DNA of 64,000 nt from Raja brachyura (lineage: Eukaryota). Shown piece after piece: positions 26,461-38,950 of this stretch. Where the stretch lies: the NCBI GenBank assembly GCA_963514005.1, contig OY740784.1:86056001-86120000 (forward strand), read 5' to 3'. The notes beneath the pieces are model-generated. The model had not been told where the DNA came from and did not search any database. It worked only from the letters and a program-made list of their open reading frames with translations. Positions within the stretch are counted from its first letter, which is position 1. Each line of letters begins with the position of its first letter. The position numbers were made by a program, and so were the translations under genes.

Positions 26461-27179
26461 TCCAGTGCAGCATATTGTTTGATACACAGGCTAGGTGATA
26501 TATTAGAATCTTCACAAAAACTGCCCTTTTTTCCACAGATGCAGCCAGACCCATTAAGTATTTGCAGCAAAGGACCATTGTTGACTCTGTTTCCTCAGTC
26601 ATCTGTGTCGGCTCTGATTTGTTCTGAACCACTTCATACCTCTATAGTTTCCCTCTCCCCTGACCCAGTCTGCAGAACAGTTTTGACTGGAAACATCACT
26701 TATTTTCTCCAGAGATGTTGGCTGACCCACTGAGTTAATCCAGATGTTTATGTCCATCGTCCATGAACAGCAGTCTGACATACATGTTATTTTTTTCTGA
26801 GTGGTTCAGAGCAGAGTGGAAAACAAACAAGATCACATCCCCAAAGATCCTTTGTGGCGGTGGGCAAATTGTAGCGAGTCCACCTTTTTGCCGAGGCAGA
26901 AGTTGATAACATCAGTGCCATCCAGCCTGGGCCTCGCAGGTCAGACGGAGGAGCCGGGCCTCTCGGACCGGAGCAGCTGATGGAGCCCACTGTTGACGCC
27001 CGGGTCGGCACCATGGAGGCGTGAAGTGGGCGTCGACAGCGGTGAGCCCTAGGCAGCAGTAAAGTCTCGTGACGATGGGGGGCTCGGCAGCGGCAAAGGG
27101 GTGGGTGTATTCTATTTGGTTGCATTGAGGAACGTCTCCTTGCTCTTCTTGAGATTATTATTATTGATGCCCTTTCAAA

Positions 27180-27770
27180 GCAGATGAGAACCTCAGACCT
27201 TAATGAGGTTGAAGATTATAGCAAAAACAACATCCAGTTGGTCTGCTCAGCTTTTGAGAACGTGGCCAGGTTCACAATCAGGTCCACACACTTTCCGAGG
27301 GCTCACCCTCAAGAAGGATCTTCTAACGCCGGCCTTGGTGACTGAGATTACAAAGCCAGCAGCGGCTATGGGGGCCCCCGAGAAGGCACATATGGTCATA
27401 AGTGATAGGAGCAGAATTAGGCCATTGGCCCATCAAGTCTACTCTGCCAATTAATCTATTCCTCCCTACTAACCCCATTCTCCTGCATTCTCGCCGACAC
27501 CGATACTAATCAAGATTCTATCCACCTCCGAGTTACATCAGTGTTCTCTCTTTCAAAGTGTGCATAGAACGCATTGAGCTCGCCCGGGAATGATGCTCGC
27601 TGTCGCTTGAGCGACCAATTGCTTTCTCCATGTAGGAAGTGATGGTGTGGAAACGCGGCCTGCCACAGCTGCAGAACATCTGTCTCACCCTCCAATTTAG
27701 TGCAAAAATGTCTCTTTGCCTTTTTCATAGCCTTAGAGGACTGGGCTTCCTGCATGAATCAGCAAACTTG
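27180..27770 (-). mobile_element. Rex1/Babar LINE fragment with a short CR1 tail inserted
   Basis: KAMKKAKR..KLE..LWQ..ELNAFYAHFE motif (ORF 27510-27755). Confidence 0.6.
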
Positions 27771-28439
27771 AATGCTTGATGTGGCTCATCCAAGATTTCT
27801 GGTTTTGGTGGAAACACACTGCTCCAGTTGGTAACAACCGTGGCATATTCATCCTGGTTCACTGCCAAGTCGGTAGACTGGGTGAGTTTCAACACACTGA
27901 ACAACACATTGAATATAGAACAATACAGCACAAGAACATGCCCTTTGGCTCACTATGTCCAAGCAGAACATAATACCATGTTCACATAATTGCCTCTGTC
28001 CTCACATAGTCCATATTCCTCCATATCCATGTACCCATTGTACCTGCTTCCACCACCATACCTGACTACACGTTACAAATGCACATCACTGTCCCCTGTT
28101 AAAAGAAAACTTGCCCCACACATCTTTCAGCTTTGCTGACCAACTGACTGTCTACCCCATCACTGGCTCTCACAATTGCATATACTTCTATCAGGTCTCC
28201 CCACAGCCTCTGACATTCCAGAGGATGTAAATTGTCAAAGCAATAAAATTACAGACATTTCATAAATGTGTTAACACGCTGAGGCAACACTAATTATTCA
28301 CAAAAATATATCTTTTGCACATCATTAGAAAAAAAAAAAGCACCTCATAGATAGCTGTACGGAAAACAGATGGGGAATTGGGAGAGTGGAATTGAAGCCT
28401 TTCCCCAAAAAGATTACTGTGGGAGAGAAAGTGGTGGCA

Positions 28440-28446
28440 GATGGAG

Positions 28447-28485
<39 letters not shown>

Positions 28486-28645
28486 TGAACAAAGGAGAGG
28501 AGGGGGAGAAGAAAGGGTGTGCAGGGGAGGGGGAACAATAGAGAGGGGGGAGGAGAGGAAAGGGGGAGGAGGGGCGAGAGCCTGGAAGGAGGGAGGGAAG
28601 GAAGAGAGAGAGAGAGAGAGAGAGAGAGCGCGAGAGCGAAAGAGA
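28440..28645 (+). repeat. (GA)n microsatellites within a polypurine tract
   Basis: Two (GA)n runs bracketing G/A-rich low-complexity sequence. Confidence 0.95.
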
Positions 28646-29319
28646 GTGCATGAGCAAAAATGAGGATAGAAAATTAAGCAGCCCACAAATCTCAAGATCA
28701 AATACCAAACAAATGGCAAGTTGTCAAGATGGAATGCACATTTTAGTCTTTATCACTTTACCAGAGATTCCGTTGGATTTAAAAGATTTAACACACCCTC
28801 AATGTCTGTTCTCTTCCAAGACTAGCTTGGCGGAATGGAATTTGCCAGCTGCACAGGACAGCAAGTTACATCTGCAATTCACCTTTGAGAGCTCAAAGAA
28901 CTGTTATTCAACTACCACATCTGCCACATCAGCAGTTCTGGAAGGGCTACATTCTCCATTAACACGAAACGGCCATGCTATCCCTGGCCATGACAGCCCG
29001 ACCTCTGCTCGTCTGCAAGGGCCTCTAAACCACTGTATCTTTCGCATAAATCTTTTTTAATTGACAGCTAAAATCTCGATCTATTATTGATGTGTAGTCA
29101 CGCTGGCAAGGCGAAAGACATAAATGATTAACTATCTACATTAATAGCAGCTCATTATACCACTTGGGCTGATTTACACAGGTGCATGGGGGCGCAGAAG
29201 GAATGTGGCCCGGGGCACACCGACCCCAGGGCTGGGGCCCACAGTCTGTAACGCAAGCTGCAGGTGCAGGGAACTATTTCCACAGCAGTCTACTCATTCT
29301 TGTTCACACCAGCCTTCAA

Positions 29320-29790
29320 AATTCAAGAGAGTTTATTGTCATGTATCCCAGATAGGACAATTAAATTCTTGCTTTGCTTCAGCACAACAGAATTATAGAA
29401 GGCATGAATACGGAACAGATCAGTGTGTACATATACCATTGTATAAATATATACACACATGAATAAATAAAACAGATAAAGTGCAAATAAACAGTTAATG
29501 GGCTATTAATGTTCACAGTTTTGTTTGAGTCGAGTTCAATCGCCTGATGGCTGTGGGGAAGTAGCTATTTCTGAACCTGGACGTTGCTGTCTTCAGGCTC
29601 CTGTACCTTCTACCTGAAAGTAGCGGGGAGATGAGTGTGTGGCCAGGATGGTGTGGGTCCTTGATGATACTACCAGCCTTTTTGAGGCAGTGACTGCGAT
29701 AGATCCCCTCGATGGTAGGGAGGACAGAGCCGATGATGGACTGGGCAGTGTTTACTACTTTTTGTAGCCTTCCCTGTGCTCCACTGAAGT
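29320..29790 (-). mobile_element. Rex1/Babar LINE 3' end
   Basis: ORF 29513-29800 IIKDPHHPGH..LLSGRRYRSL..RFRNSYFPTAIRRLN; tail catgacaataaa on minus. Confidence 0.85.
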
Positions 29791-30859
29791 CAGGACGCAA
29801 CCCATCAGGTCAACAGAGCTGGTGCACAAAACCTAACGCAGCACTCTCATCGAGTTTCAACCAATAAACCCATCTTGCTGAAAGGCCAATTTTAATAATA
29901 CAAGTCATATACAACCACGTAATTAAAACATTTAGTGATGGTCTCACCTAAAACAGAGGATTGTTCAGTATAAACAGAGATCTTTTTGGTTGCATCAAGT
30001 GTGATCAACTTAAACATGGGACTCCGTCTTTCATAAAATCATTTATATTTTTATTATATTCGAACCAACCAAAAATGTCCAAAAGTCAAAATATATTAAG
30101 AAAGCCACATCATAGCCAAGTTATTGTTTACAACAGTTTTTATGGTAATGTTAGATAAATAACTCCATTGGCATCTTTACCCATGGATGCTGTTGGAAAG
30201 GCCAGAACCTACTGTACATCTATAAATGTACCTTGCTTCAAGTCATTGTTAGACCATTTCAGAGGGTAGATAGGTGTAGATATCATTGTAGGGTATAATC
30301 ACATGTTGGCCCTACCAAGTGAAGCAAATTTAGCTACGGTCTACAATAACTTGTATCCAGACCCAAAATGTCATCCATCCATGTTCTCCAGAGCTGCGAC
30401 CTGACCCAGTTACTCCAGCACTCTGTGTCCTTCCTTGTAAACCAATATCTGTAGTTTTTTTTATTTTTCCCTCTAGACTTTATTGCTCTTTGACCAACGA
30501 TCTAATCTCATTCTGTATCTAAAATCAGAGCATAAAGCAGCATAACACTTTGACAGTACTTATCCATTTATTTTTAAAGACATGTTTTGTTAATGGGCCT
30601 AGAATCACCATTAACTAAAAACGTGCATATACACTCAATAACAATGCCCATCTTGCTACTTAACAACTGCATGTTAACACCGAGTTCAAGTCAGAAGAGA
30701 CTTCTTCTTACCAAAAGGAATAGGAGAGCCACACTTCCAACACCCTGCACACTGTCCCTGAAAACCAGTCTGGTATTTATGGTCAATACTGGAGCAAGGT
30801 TTGAAGCCACAAACTTCTGACTATGGGGGAAAAAGTGCACCAATTGAGCAACAGAGAGT

Positions 30860-31280
30860 CAAAAAGCCATACATACAGTGCATAAACAGGCCCTTCAGCC
30901 CAACTTGCCCACAACAACCAACATGCCCCATCTACACTGGTCGCATCTGCCTGTGTTGGCCTATATCCCTCTAAACCCGTCCTATCCATGTATAAACAGG
31001 CATAACCATGCACCGTCCTATCCGTGCATAAACAGGCCCTTCGGCCCAACTTGCCCACACCAACCAACATGCCCATGCACTGTAACATGCCCATGCACAT
31101 GCAACATCCATGTATAAACAGGCATAAACATGCACCGTCCTATCCGTGCATAAACAGGCCCTTCGGCCCAACTTGCCCACACCAACCAACATGCCCCATC
31201 TACACTTGTCGCATCTGCCTGTGTTGGCCTATATCACTCTAAACCAGTCCTATCCATGTACCTGTCCAAATGTTTTTTAT
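30860..31280 (-). repeat. Locally triplicated CR1/SINE 3'-tail sequence
   Basis: cataaacaggcccttc(a/g)gcccaacttgcccaca occurs three times (30881, 31027, 31149). Confidence 0.85.
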
Positions 31281-31284
31281 AAAT

Positions 31285-31545
31285 GTTTAGTTTAGAGATA
31301 CAGCGCAGAAACAAGCCCTTTGGCCCATGCCAACCAGGGACAATTTTTACACTTACCAAGCCAATTCACCCACAAACCTGTACGTCTTTGGAGTGTGGGA
31401 GAAAACCGAAGATCTCGGGGGGAAAACCCACGCAAGTTACGGGGAGAACATACAAACTCCGTAGACAGCACCCGTAGTCGGGATCGAACCAGGGTCTCCG
31501 GCGCTGCATTCGCTGTAAGGCAGCAACTCTACCGCTGCGCACCGT
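31285..31545 (-). mobile_element. V-SINE (HE1-like)
   Basis: Head acggtgcgcagcggtagagttgctgcc and B box ggttcgatccc. Confidence 0.8.
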
Positions 31546-34500
31546 GATAGTACCTGCCTCCACTACCTCTTCCAGCAGCTTGTTGCATTTTCCTCCAACC
31601 TGTTGTGTAAAATAGTCGCCCTCCAGATTGCTATTAAATTCCCCTCCCCCACCCCTCACTTTAAACACGTCCTTTAGTTCTTGATTCCCCTACTCTGCAT
31701 AAAAGACCCTACTGTTCCTCTCATGAACTTATTCACTTCTATAAGATCACCTCTCATCCTTCTGCGCTCCAAGGAATAGGGTCCGAGCCTACTTAACTGC
31801 GCCCTATAGCTCAGGCCCTGGAGTCCTGGCAACATCCTCGTAATCAGTTGGGGATTGAATCCACTGAACACATCTGGTAGGCTTACGAGCAAACCTTCAG
31901 GCCACAAACAGCACTAATGTCAGCAGTCAGTAAATCCACTCTGTGTTGAAGCATTGCCTGGAATTTGTTGCACAAAAACTAGCCATTCCCGTGACACCTC
32001 ACTTGCACTCCGCAAGGATCACCAAACCCAAACTCAGTGATTGTTACTTTCTCCAGACACACACGAGCCCAAACACTTATTTAGCTTCCCGTTAAAGACA
32101 TCTCTGTTGCAGTCTCAGTGAATACAGGTTGATCACGACCTTCCCTCAGCCCACCATGAGGAAGCTGAACTTTGCCCAGAGGTGGTCTCGAGCAAGCTTT
32201 AACGAGCAGGAAAACATACCCTTTAATCACTGACCTCAAGGAATTGACTGCCTATGCAAAGCATGGTCGAGAGGGGTCTCAGGTCAGGAGATGCAGGTCC
32301 TGAAAGATGGTGCTCGACGATGTCTGGAAGTGGAGGATGTGCGGGTCGGAAAGGATAAGAATTTGCACGCGGCCACACCTTCCCCGTGTGCATCGAGAGG
32401 ATGTTGCTGTCGCTTAGCCTCTTTGTGACAGGTTTGACTTTCAGTAAGTAGGGAAGGACGCCATCTGCAAAACTGCAACAGCCTCTGGGATCTTGGTGAT
32501 TACAAACCCCTCAAGATCTCATTAAGTTTGCCTGGGACCGAGGACCCGCCCAGAAGGCCGAAGAGGAGCAAGTTTGCAACGGCAGTTGAGAGAACCAAGG
32601 CCAATCACCGCTTTGTGGCAGAAGTTTACCCCCAGCGTGCCGAGTCCATACGTGACAAGCAAGCCTGGCTCGCGTGCCGTGGAACGGGAACCTGTCCGGA
32701 AAGGCGAAGAGTGAGCCGGCAACGGCGGTCCAGAAGACCAAGGCCGATCATCTCTTCTTGGCAGAAGGTCGCCCCCGGCCTGCGGCAATCAGACCCAATA
32801 GTAGGCCCCGCTCAGCCGCCCAGAGAGGAGGGCGGTAAGAGGACCGGCTGCGGGAAGCAGAGCAGTGCCTCAACGGTGGAGTGGGCCGCTGGAGGCACTG
32901 CAACAGCCTGGGGCTCAGTTGGACCAAGCACCGCTCCAAGAGTCTGGCAGCAGCACAGAGGATACCAACGTCTACCCTTGGCCAGGCCTACCCTGCAGCG
33001 CCACAAGAACAACCAGTCATGAACCCTGCATTTACAACTGGGACTGGAAACAGATCCAAAAACTGGCAACTCTGCATAATGTCTCAGTTTACCACTGCTA
33101 TAACACAATATTGTACCTGAGATGCTTATCTGAGAGATATCCAAATGCCCATGTAAAGGGATACTTCCACTGAACTGTATGCAAAAATGAATTTCACAGT
33201 ACCTCAGCACATGTGACAATAAAGTATCATTGTGTTAATCCTGGCTTAAAAAAAGAGCAGCCCTTTTTTTGATTGGATTAATGCAAACTAAGTGCCCTGC
33301 TGTTTGTTGATTGGCCAAAGTGTTGAACCCCTGGCAGGTTAGTTTGGATTCCAGGGTAAATGTTGCATTATTCAAGTTAAGTTAGCTTCCTCTAGAAGCT
33401 TCTCCTGCAACAATGTAAGGGAGATTCTGTTATTGGTCTGTGTAACTGTCAATAATGTATTGTTGTAATTAACATGTTTGATTGGATTGCAAAGATACCA
33501 CCTGTCTGTAGTTCGGCCCCTCAAGGTTCGGGGACCTATACAAGGCAGCTGCCACGAGATCCTTTGATGATCTTCTGGAAGAGCGCTTGGGACTGTGGCA
33601 CCTTTTGGAGTGTCTCTGCTTGCATGAGGCTGAAGGGCTTGGCCAGGCAGATACAAGGATCAAACCCGTGGTGGTTTAGGTATCGCTTAGGGTAATTTGT
33701 TGTGCTGTCCAAAAATAAAGATGAGTTGGTGCAGTGCTTGAATCAGTGCTTTATTGACTGAACCAGACTGGTGGGAAGCTTAGAAGAGCTAATTTACAAT
33801 TGAACCATTGAAGCTCAATCGGTGTTCACACACATGGTCCACTCCAGTCCCGGACGGGGGAGGGGGTACCCAGTCTGCTGGCAGTAGGAGGTGGTCCAGA
33901 AATCTGAGCCATTTCACTGCAGATGATCTCTACCACCAGCTCCGAGGGGATATGGTTAAGACCCAGCCGCCCACCCTTCCCCACATCACCGGCAACTAAA
34001 GTACATTTGGAGGCCCAGGGACGGAGAGAGCACGATTCAAATCTTAGGAACCACACAATCATTTATAAACTGCTCGACTCCTCTGCTCACAAGGTTTACT
34101 GTGCATCAAAAACATTGCTGAGGTTTTGAAGCTTCCTAATCATTCCCAGTTATCCCATCCTTCTCCTTTAATCAAGCTCATGTTGGATAAACATTGAGCA
34201 GAGTCGTTGTCTGCCGTAGTGTTGCACATTTTTATTCTTTCGACCCAACATGACGGAGAAATTACCATATTTTTTGCATTAGTGTCCAAGATATATATTT
34301 TTTAAAACAATCCTTAATTTATGTTGCACCTTTTAAAATAGCACATTTAAAAATAAAAAACACACAGTGATGCCAAAATAGAGGCAGAAAGCCAAACTAT
34401 TGGGAGGGAGGTTTGAAGGAGTCTTAGAAGAGGCAGAGAGGGGGAAGAAGTGTAAAGGGAGCTTTGGATCCCAAGCAGCTGAAGGCACAGCCACTAAAGA

Positions 34501-34649
34501 GATCGAATTCAGGGGTGCGCAACGGGCAACGCTGGAGGAGCAGAGGCCATGAAGTCCACTGTACCGTATGTATGAAGCCAAGGTATAAATAGTCTGGTTT
34601 AGCTTTGACCTGCTTCCGGAGGAAGGGAAAGAGGGATGAAGATTTCAGA

Positions 34650-34970
34650 GGGCAGAGCCGCTGCCTCACAGCTTCAGAGACCTCAGTTCAATTCTGTACA
34701 CTGGGTACTGTCCATGTGAAGTTTATACGTTATTCCTGTGACTATGCGAGTTTCCTCCGGGTGCTCCAGACTCCTCCCACATCCCAAAGACATGCGGGTA
34801 GACAGTTTAGTTTAGAGAGATACAGTGCGGAAACAGGCTGTTCAACCAACCAAGTCCACACCAAACTGTGAACACCCAGTACACTAGCACTGTCCTACAC
34901 ACCAGGGGCAATTTACATCTTAACTAAAGCCAATTAAGTGGAAGTGTGGGAGAAAACTGGAGCACCCTGG
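34650..34970. mobile_element. Inverted pair of V-SINE fragments
   Basis: Plus head/body 34650-34800; minus tail 34805-34970. Confidence 0.6.
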
Positions 34971-35974
34971 GACAGTTCATTGTCGGCTGCAAAGTGTCCC
35001 GATTGTGTAGGAGAGTGGTGGAATTTTGGGAAGAAATTACAAGAGTTTGGGGAGAATAGGTTATTGGGAAAATGAGTGGTGGGGATGAGGGGAAATAGGA
35101 TTTTTATGCGAGGTGGCACAGAGACAATAGTGTCACAAGGACATATGGAACATGGCAACGGCCAGGGATTGGAGATGGCAAATGGAGACAACCAAGCAGA
35201 TCATGTGACTGGCAAGATAGCCACACACCGGCAGGAGAAGAGAACTAGTCTGTGTTAATCTTTGTTTCCCGGAAGTCATAAGAGTGTCATGGTGACCAAT
35301 GGAGCCATGACTACCCAATGTGTGAGGCTACGATAACAATTCATCCAAAATTAATCCACACACATCAGTTATGAAACAGCCTGACTCTAAAGAATCTGAC
35401 AAAGGGACCCAACATTCGTCATGTTCTCCAGAGATGCCGCCTGACCTGCTGAGTCACTCCAGCACTTTGTGTCTTTGTTTTTAAACCAACATCTGCAGTT
35501 ACTTGCATCTTCAGTTATAAAACTACGTTTCTTTTCCCTTTAAAATCAACTTGCATCAACATTTTCCCTTCCGTTTTCACTCCAATTTCAACCCACTTTG
35601 AAAACCAGGTCTTGAAAATATCCCGGAAAATTGGTTCAAAAGGAGGAGTATATAAAAAAAAAAGAAAATGTTACTGGAGTGAGGGGAAGGACAAGACGTG
35701 GCCAAGGTTTTTGCAGGTTTTGTAATTTGCTGCTGAGCGCCAGCATTCCATTCCTGGAGCTGGCCGCGTCCACGACCCACAGGCGACCCCACCAAGCTGC
35801 AACCTGACGGCAACAACAGCGACAGAAACAGGTGGTGCTCCGAAAAAAAGTGAAATTACTTTATCCACATGCTTGAAAGGGGAGCTCCTGTCAGGAGTAA
35901 GATATGTACATTTCCTTGGGGGTCCCAAATGTAACATTTTTAAATAAAGCAGCTGCTTTCTAATGGCTTTTGCC

Positions 35975-36170
35975 ATGGCTCAATTTGTAAAGCTAACGTC
36001 TCGAGACTGAAGGTTGTGGGTTCAAGCCCTGCCCCAGGAAACCGAGAGCAGAAATCCACGCCGACTAGTGGAGTGGAGTGCCCCACTGTCAGAGATGCCA
36101 TATTTTGCCTCAGAAGTTGAATTGAGTTCCTGTCAGCTCTCAGGTGGTGTAAAAAAAGGTCCTGCAGATA
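35975..36170 (+). mobile_element. Ancient Deu-SINE (SacSINE1-like)
   Basis: tRNA-like head (tggctcaattt...gggttcaagccc), then cactgtcagagatgccatatttt...ctctcaggtgg resembling the Deu domain. Confidence 0.55.
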
Positions 36171-36213
36171 TATAGGAGGCCACAGCCCCTTAAACCTGCC
36201 CTGTGATTCAATA

Positions 36214-36593
36214 CAGTAAATCCTTGTAATGACAGAGCATGAGAAGGGGGGGGGGGGGAGAAATGGTGCCCGTAATTGCCGATTATCCACTATAACCGGG
36301 TAAGGAATTTGCTCCAACTTACTAGTGGCCCTCCCGTGAAACAATGAGCTGTTTTCAAATACAAGGTTCTTTTTAACAGATAAAAATGTATTTTTGTTAC
36401 GAGTTAAAAATGCTAAAGGCACGTTGCATAATGGAGTTAACATGATTAGTCAATTGAAGTGATTGCTTGTCAATGCCAATGCCTCGTCAATTTCAATATG
36501 CTCCGCAAGGTAATTAGCAGGCTATGTTCTGACAGTCCGCTATAACAGATTATAATCCATTATAACCAGGTCTGCAATAACGAGGGTGTACTA
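36214..36593. mobile_element. Tigger/Tc1-mariner-type MITE
   Basis: Degenerate TIRs cagtaaatccttgtaatgacaga / tctgcaataacgagggtgtacta flanked by TA. Confidence 0.55.
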
Positions 36594-38664
36594 TATTAGC
36601 AAGGCTAATCCCTGCCAAGCCTCAACTTCTCCTCTGTGTCAGTTCAAAATTCCATGATCTTTTAGAAATCTAGTTCTTTAACTACCCCCCAATGGTTCAG
36701 CCGACACAACCCTCTGTAGTAGAGTATTACAGAGATTCACCATCTTTAGATGAATTTCCTGTAGAACTCACCATTAATTGACATGTAACTATATCTTTGC
36801 ATTTGAGACTCTCCAACTAGATAAAGAAGGCCGTCCCTGGCAGCTCAGTAATTTGAAGGCTCACCATTCAGATTTAATATGTAGGAAGGAACTGCCAGTG
36901 CTGGTTTAAATCAAAGATAGACACAAAAAGCTGGAGTAACTCAGCGGGACAGGCAGCATCTTTGGAGAGAAGGAATGGGCGACGTTTCGGGCTTAATTGA
37001 TACGGGCTTCATAGATAGAAAGATGGGATAAATATGGCCCCGCCCTTTTTTCAAAATCATTCCACTGGATCGCCGACTTCAGCACACAGGTCTTGGTCCT
37101 GCATTTTGGCCACGCACGTGGAGGGAGGGAGAGCGAGTGACAGAAAGGAAGAGGGAGTGGGAGATGGGAAGACGAGCGGGGGCGAGGGGGAGATAGTTTC
37201 AAACTGCAGTGTGATAGAACTTGGTGGTTTCTTTGCAAACAGAATGGAGGTGTTCAATAAAGTGATCTTGTTCTGTGTGCACGATTCCCCATTGGGCATG
37301 GGAACCCGTCACCACTGCAGCAGATAAGGTTCGGAGAGAGCACGCAAGCTATTGTCTCACACAACATGTTCAAGCATTTCCCAGGGTAGTGGCACAGGGG
37401 AAAGTGAATGGGAAGGTGTTGCACCCAGCAGGAATTCAGAGCAGGAATCAGAAACAGAGCAGATAGCAATAAAGGGTGACGCAGGGCATGAGGGACACGT
37501 CCCCCCTGAGACACCAGGAGAGGAACAGAGGGAGAACAGATATTTATTTGTGGGACTGCATTGAGAAGTGTCTTTCTGTCTGTGTCGAGCATCCATCCAT
37601 CTATCGTTTGGTTATGACTCATCCACCACTTAACAGTTCATTATATTTATTCACCAGTTTGTGCTCTTTAGGATCATTGGGCACCTTACACCATGGCTAC
37701 TGAAGCAGTGTAGCCAGCTTCTCCAGAGCGCGACTTACTTTCCAGCACCTGCAACACCTTGGATAGTTTCTACTTTCTGTACTAGATCAGGGACATCTGC
37801 TCCGAGAATGCTTTCCCAGCGTCCAAATGCAGACAAGTCATAGCAGACGTTGGCAACTGCATGACAGGGCTACTTGGCGCATTGTCAACAGCAGCTTGCA
37901 TTCACGTAATGTCTCTCACATCCCAAGACATGGGATGGCTAAATATGGCAGGTTTATTATCAGAAATTTAGCAAGGGATCGTTTTGCAAGCATTACTGTG
38001 AGGCTGGTGTCAAAGGAGCAATTTTGTTCAGCCTCCTGGAGTTGACACAACCAAGATCACATCAGTCACAAACAGCTCTGCACTGAAAAAAAATCATGCA
38101 GTGCAGCTGGCCTCAAAAAGAAAAAAACTATTTTGCACGACAAAGTTAGTGCAGTTTGACTATACCGCACTTCGTCCATAAACCACACCTCCTGGAGTTT
38201 CCCACTTCCTGTAGATGATAAGCTTGGAAAAAAATCATATATGTTAAAAAAAATTAAGAACTATGGAAAATGCAAATGGCACATGGCAGATTCTGCTAAT
38301 TAATTTAATACTTCTCTGGTAAGAACAGTTTTCCAAATATGTAAATACTGTTCAGTAATCTTGAGCTCAGTGTCAAAAGCAATTATAATCCTGATATGAT
38401 CCAGAAATTCAATGTGAAAACCAAAATGCCAAAAATCAATCATTTACTGCACATTGAAAGCAAGCAATCTCCCAAAAGAGTAGGTAACAGTGTTCCACTG
38501 TAAATTGAATAGTGTTATTCAAGGGAAACCCAAAGAAGAGTTAGAAAGAATATGAATAGACATTCACAAGCCAATAGAAATCTAAATTGAGTATAAGCGT
38601 CAGACAGTCATGATGCAGTTTTATGAAACTTTGGTTGGGCTGCATTTGGAGTATTGTGAGAAGT

Positions 38665-38950
38665 TATTTAGTTTAGTTTAGAGATACAGGGTAAAAACCT
38701 TCGGTCCACTGTCCATGCAGACCAGCGATCATCCATACATACACTAGTTCTATCCTACACACTAGGAACAATTTACACCTACAAACCTGCTTTGCAATGT
38801 AGGAGGAAACCGGATTACTTGGAGAAAACGCACGTGGTCACAGGGCGAACGTACAAACTCCATACAAACGGCACCTTAGTCAGGATCAAACTCAGCACTC
38901 TAGCGCTGTGAGGGAGCAAATGTACTGTTGCGCCACTGTGCTGCCCTGGT
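38665..38950 (-). mobile_element. V-SINE inserted in a CR1 fragment
   Basis: The CR1 catttggagtattgtg...tggtcacccc motif is split by the SINE. Confidence 0.7.

Noticed and set aside
28290-28719. Several overlapping ORFs
   Set aside because: Artefacts of the (GA)n low-complexity tract.
30881-31200. Repeat-spacer pattern resembling CRISPR
   Set aside because: The units are vertebrate retroposon tail sequence, the spacers are copies of neighbouring sequence, and no cas genes are present.
32528-33022. 164-aa Arg-rich ORF
   Set aside because: No motif; open frames are expected by chance in GC-rich sequence.
36380-36530. Homeobox-motif-rich stretch as an enhancer
   Set aside because: Lies inside the Tigger-like MITE at 36214-36593.
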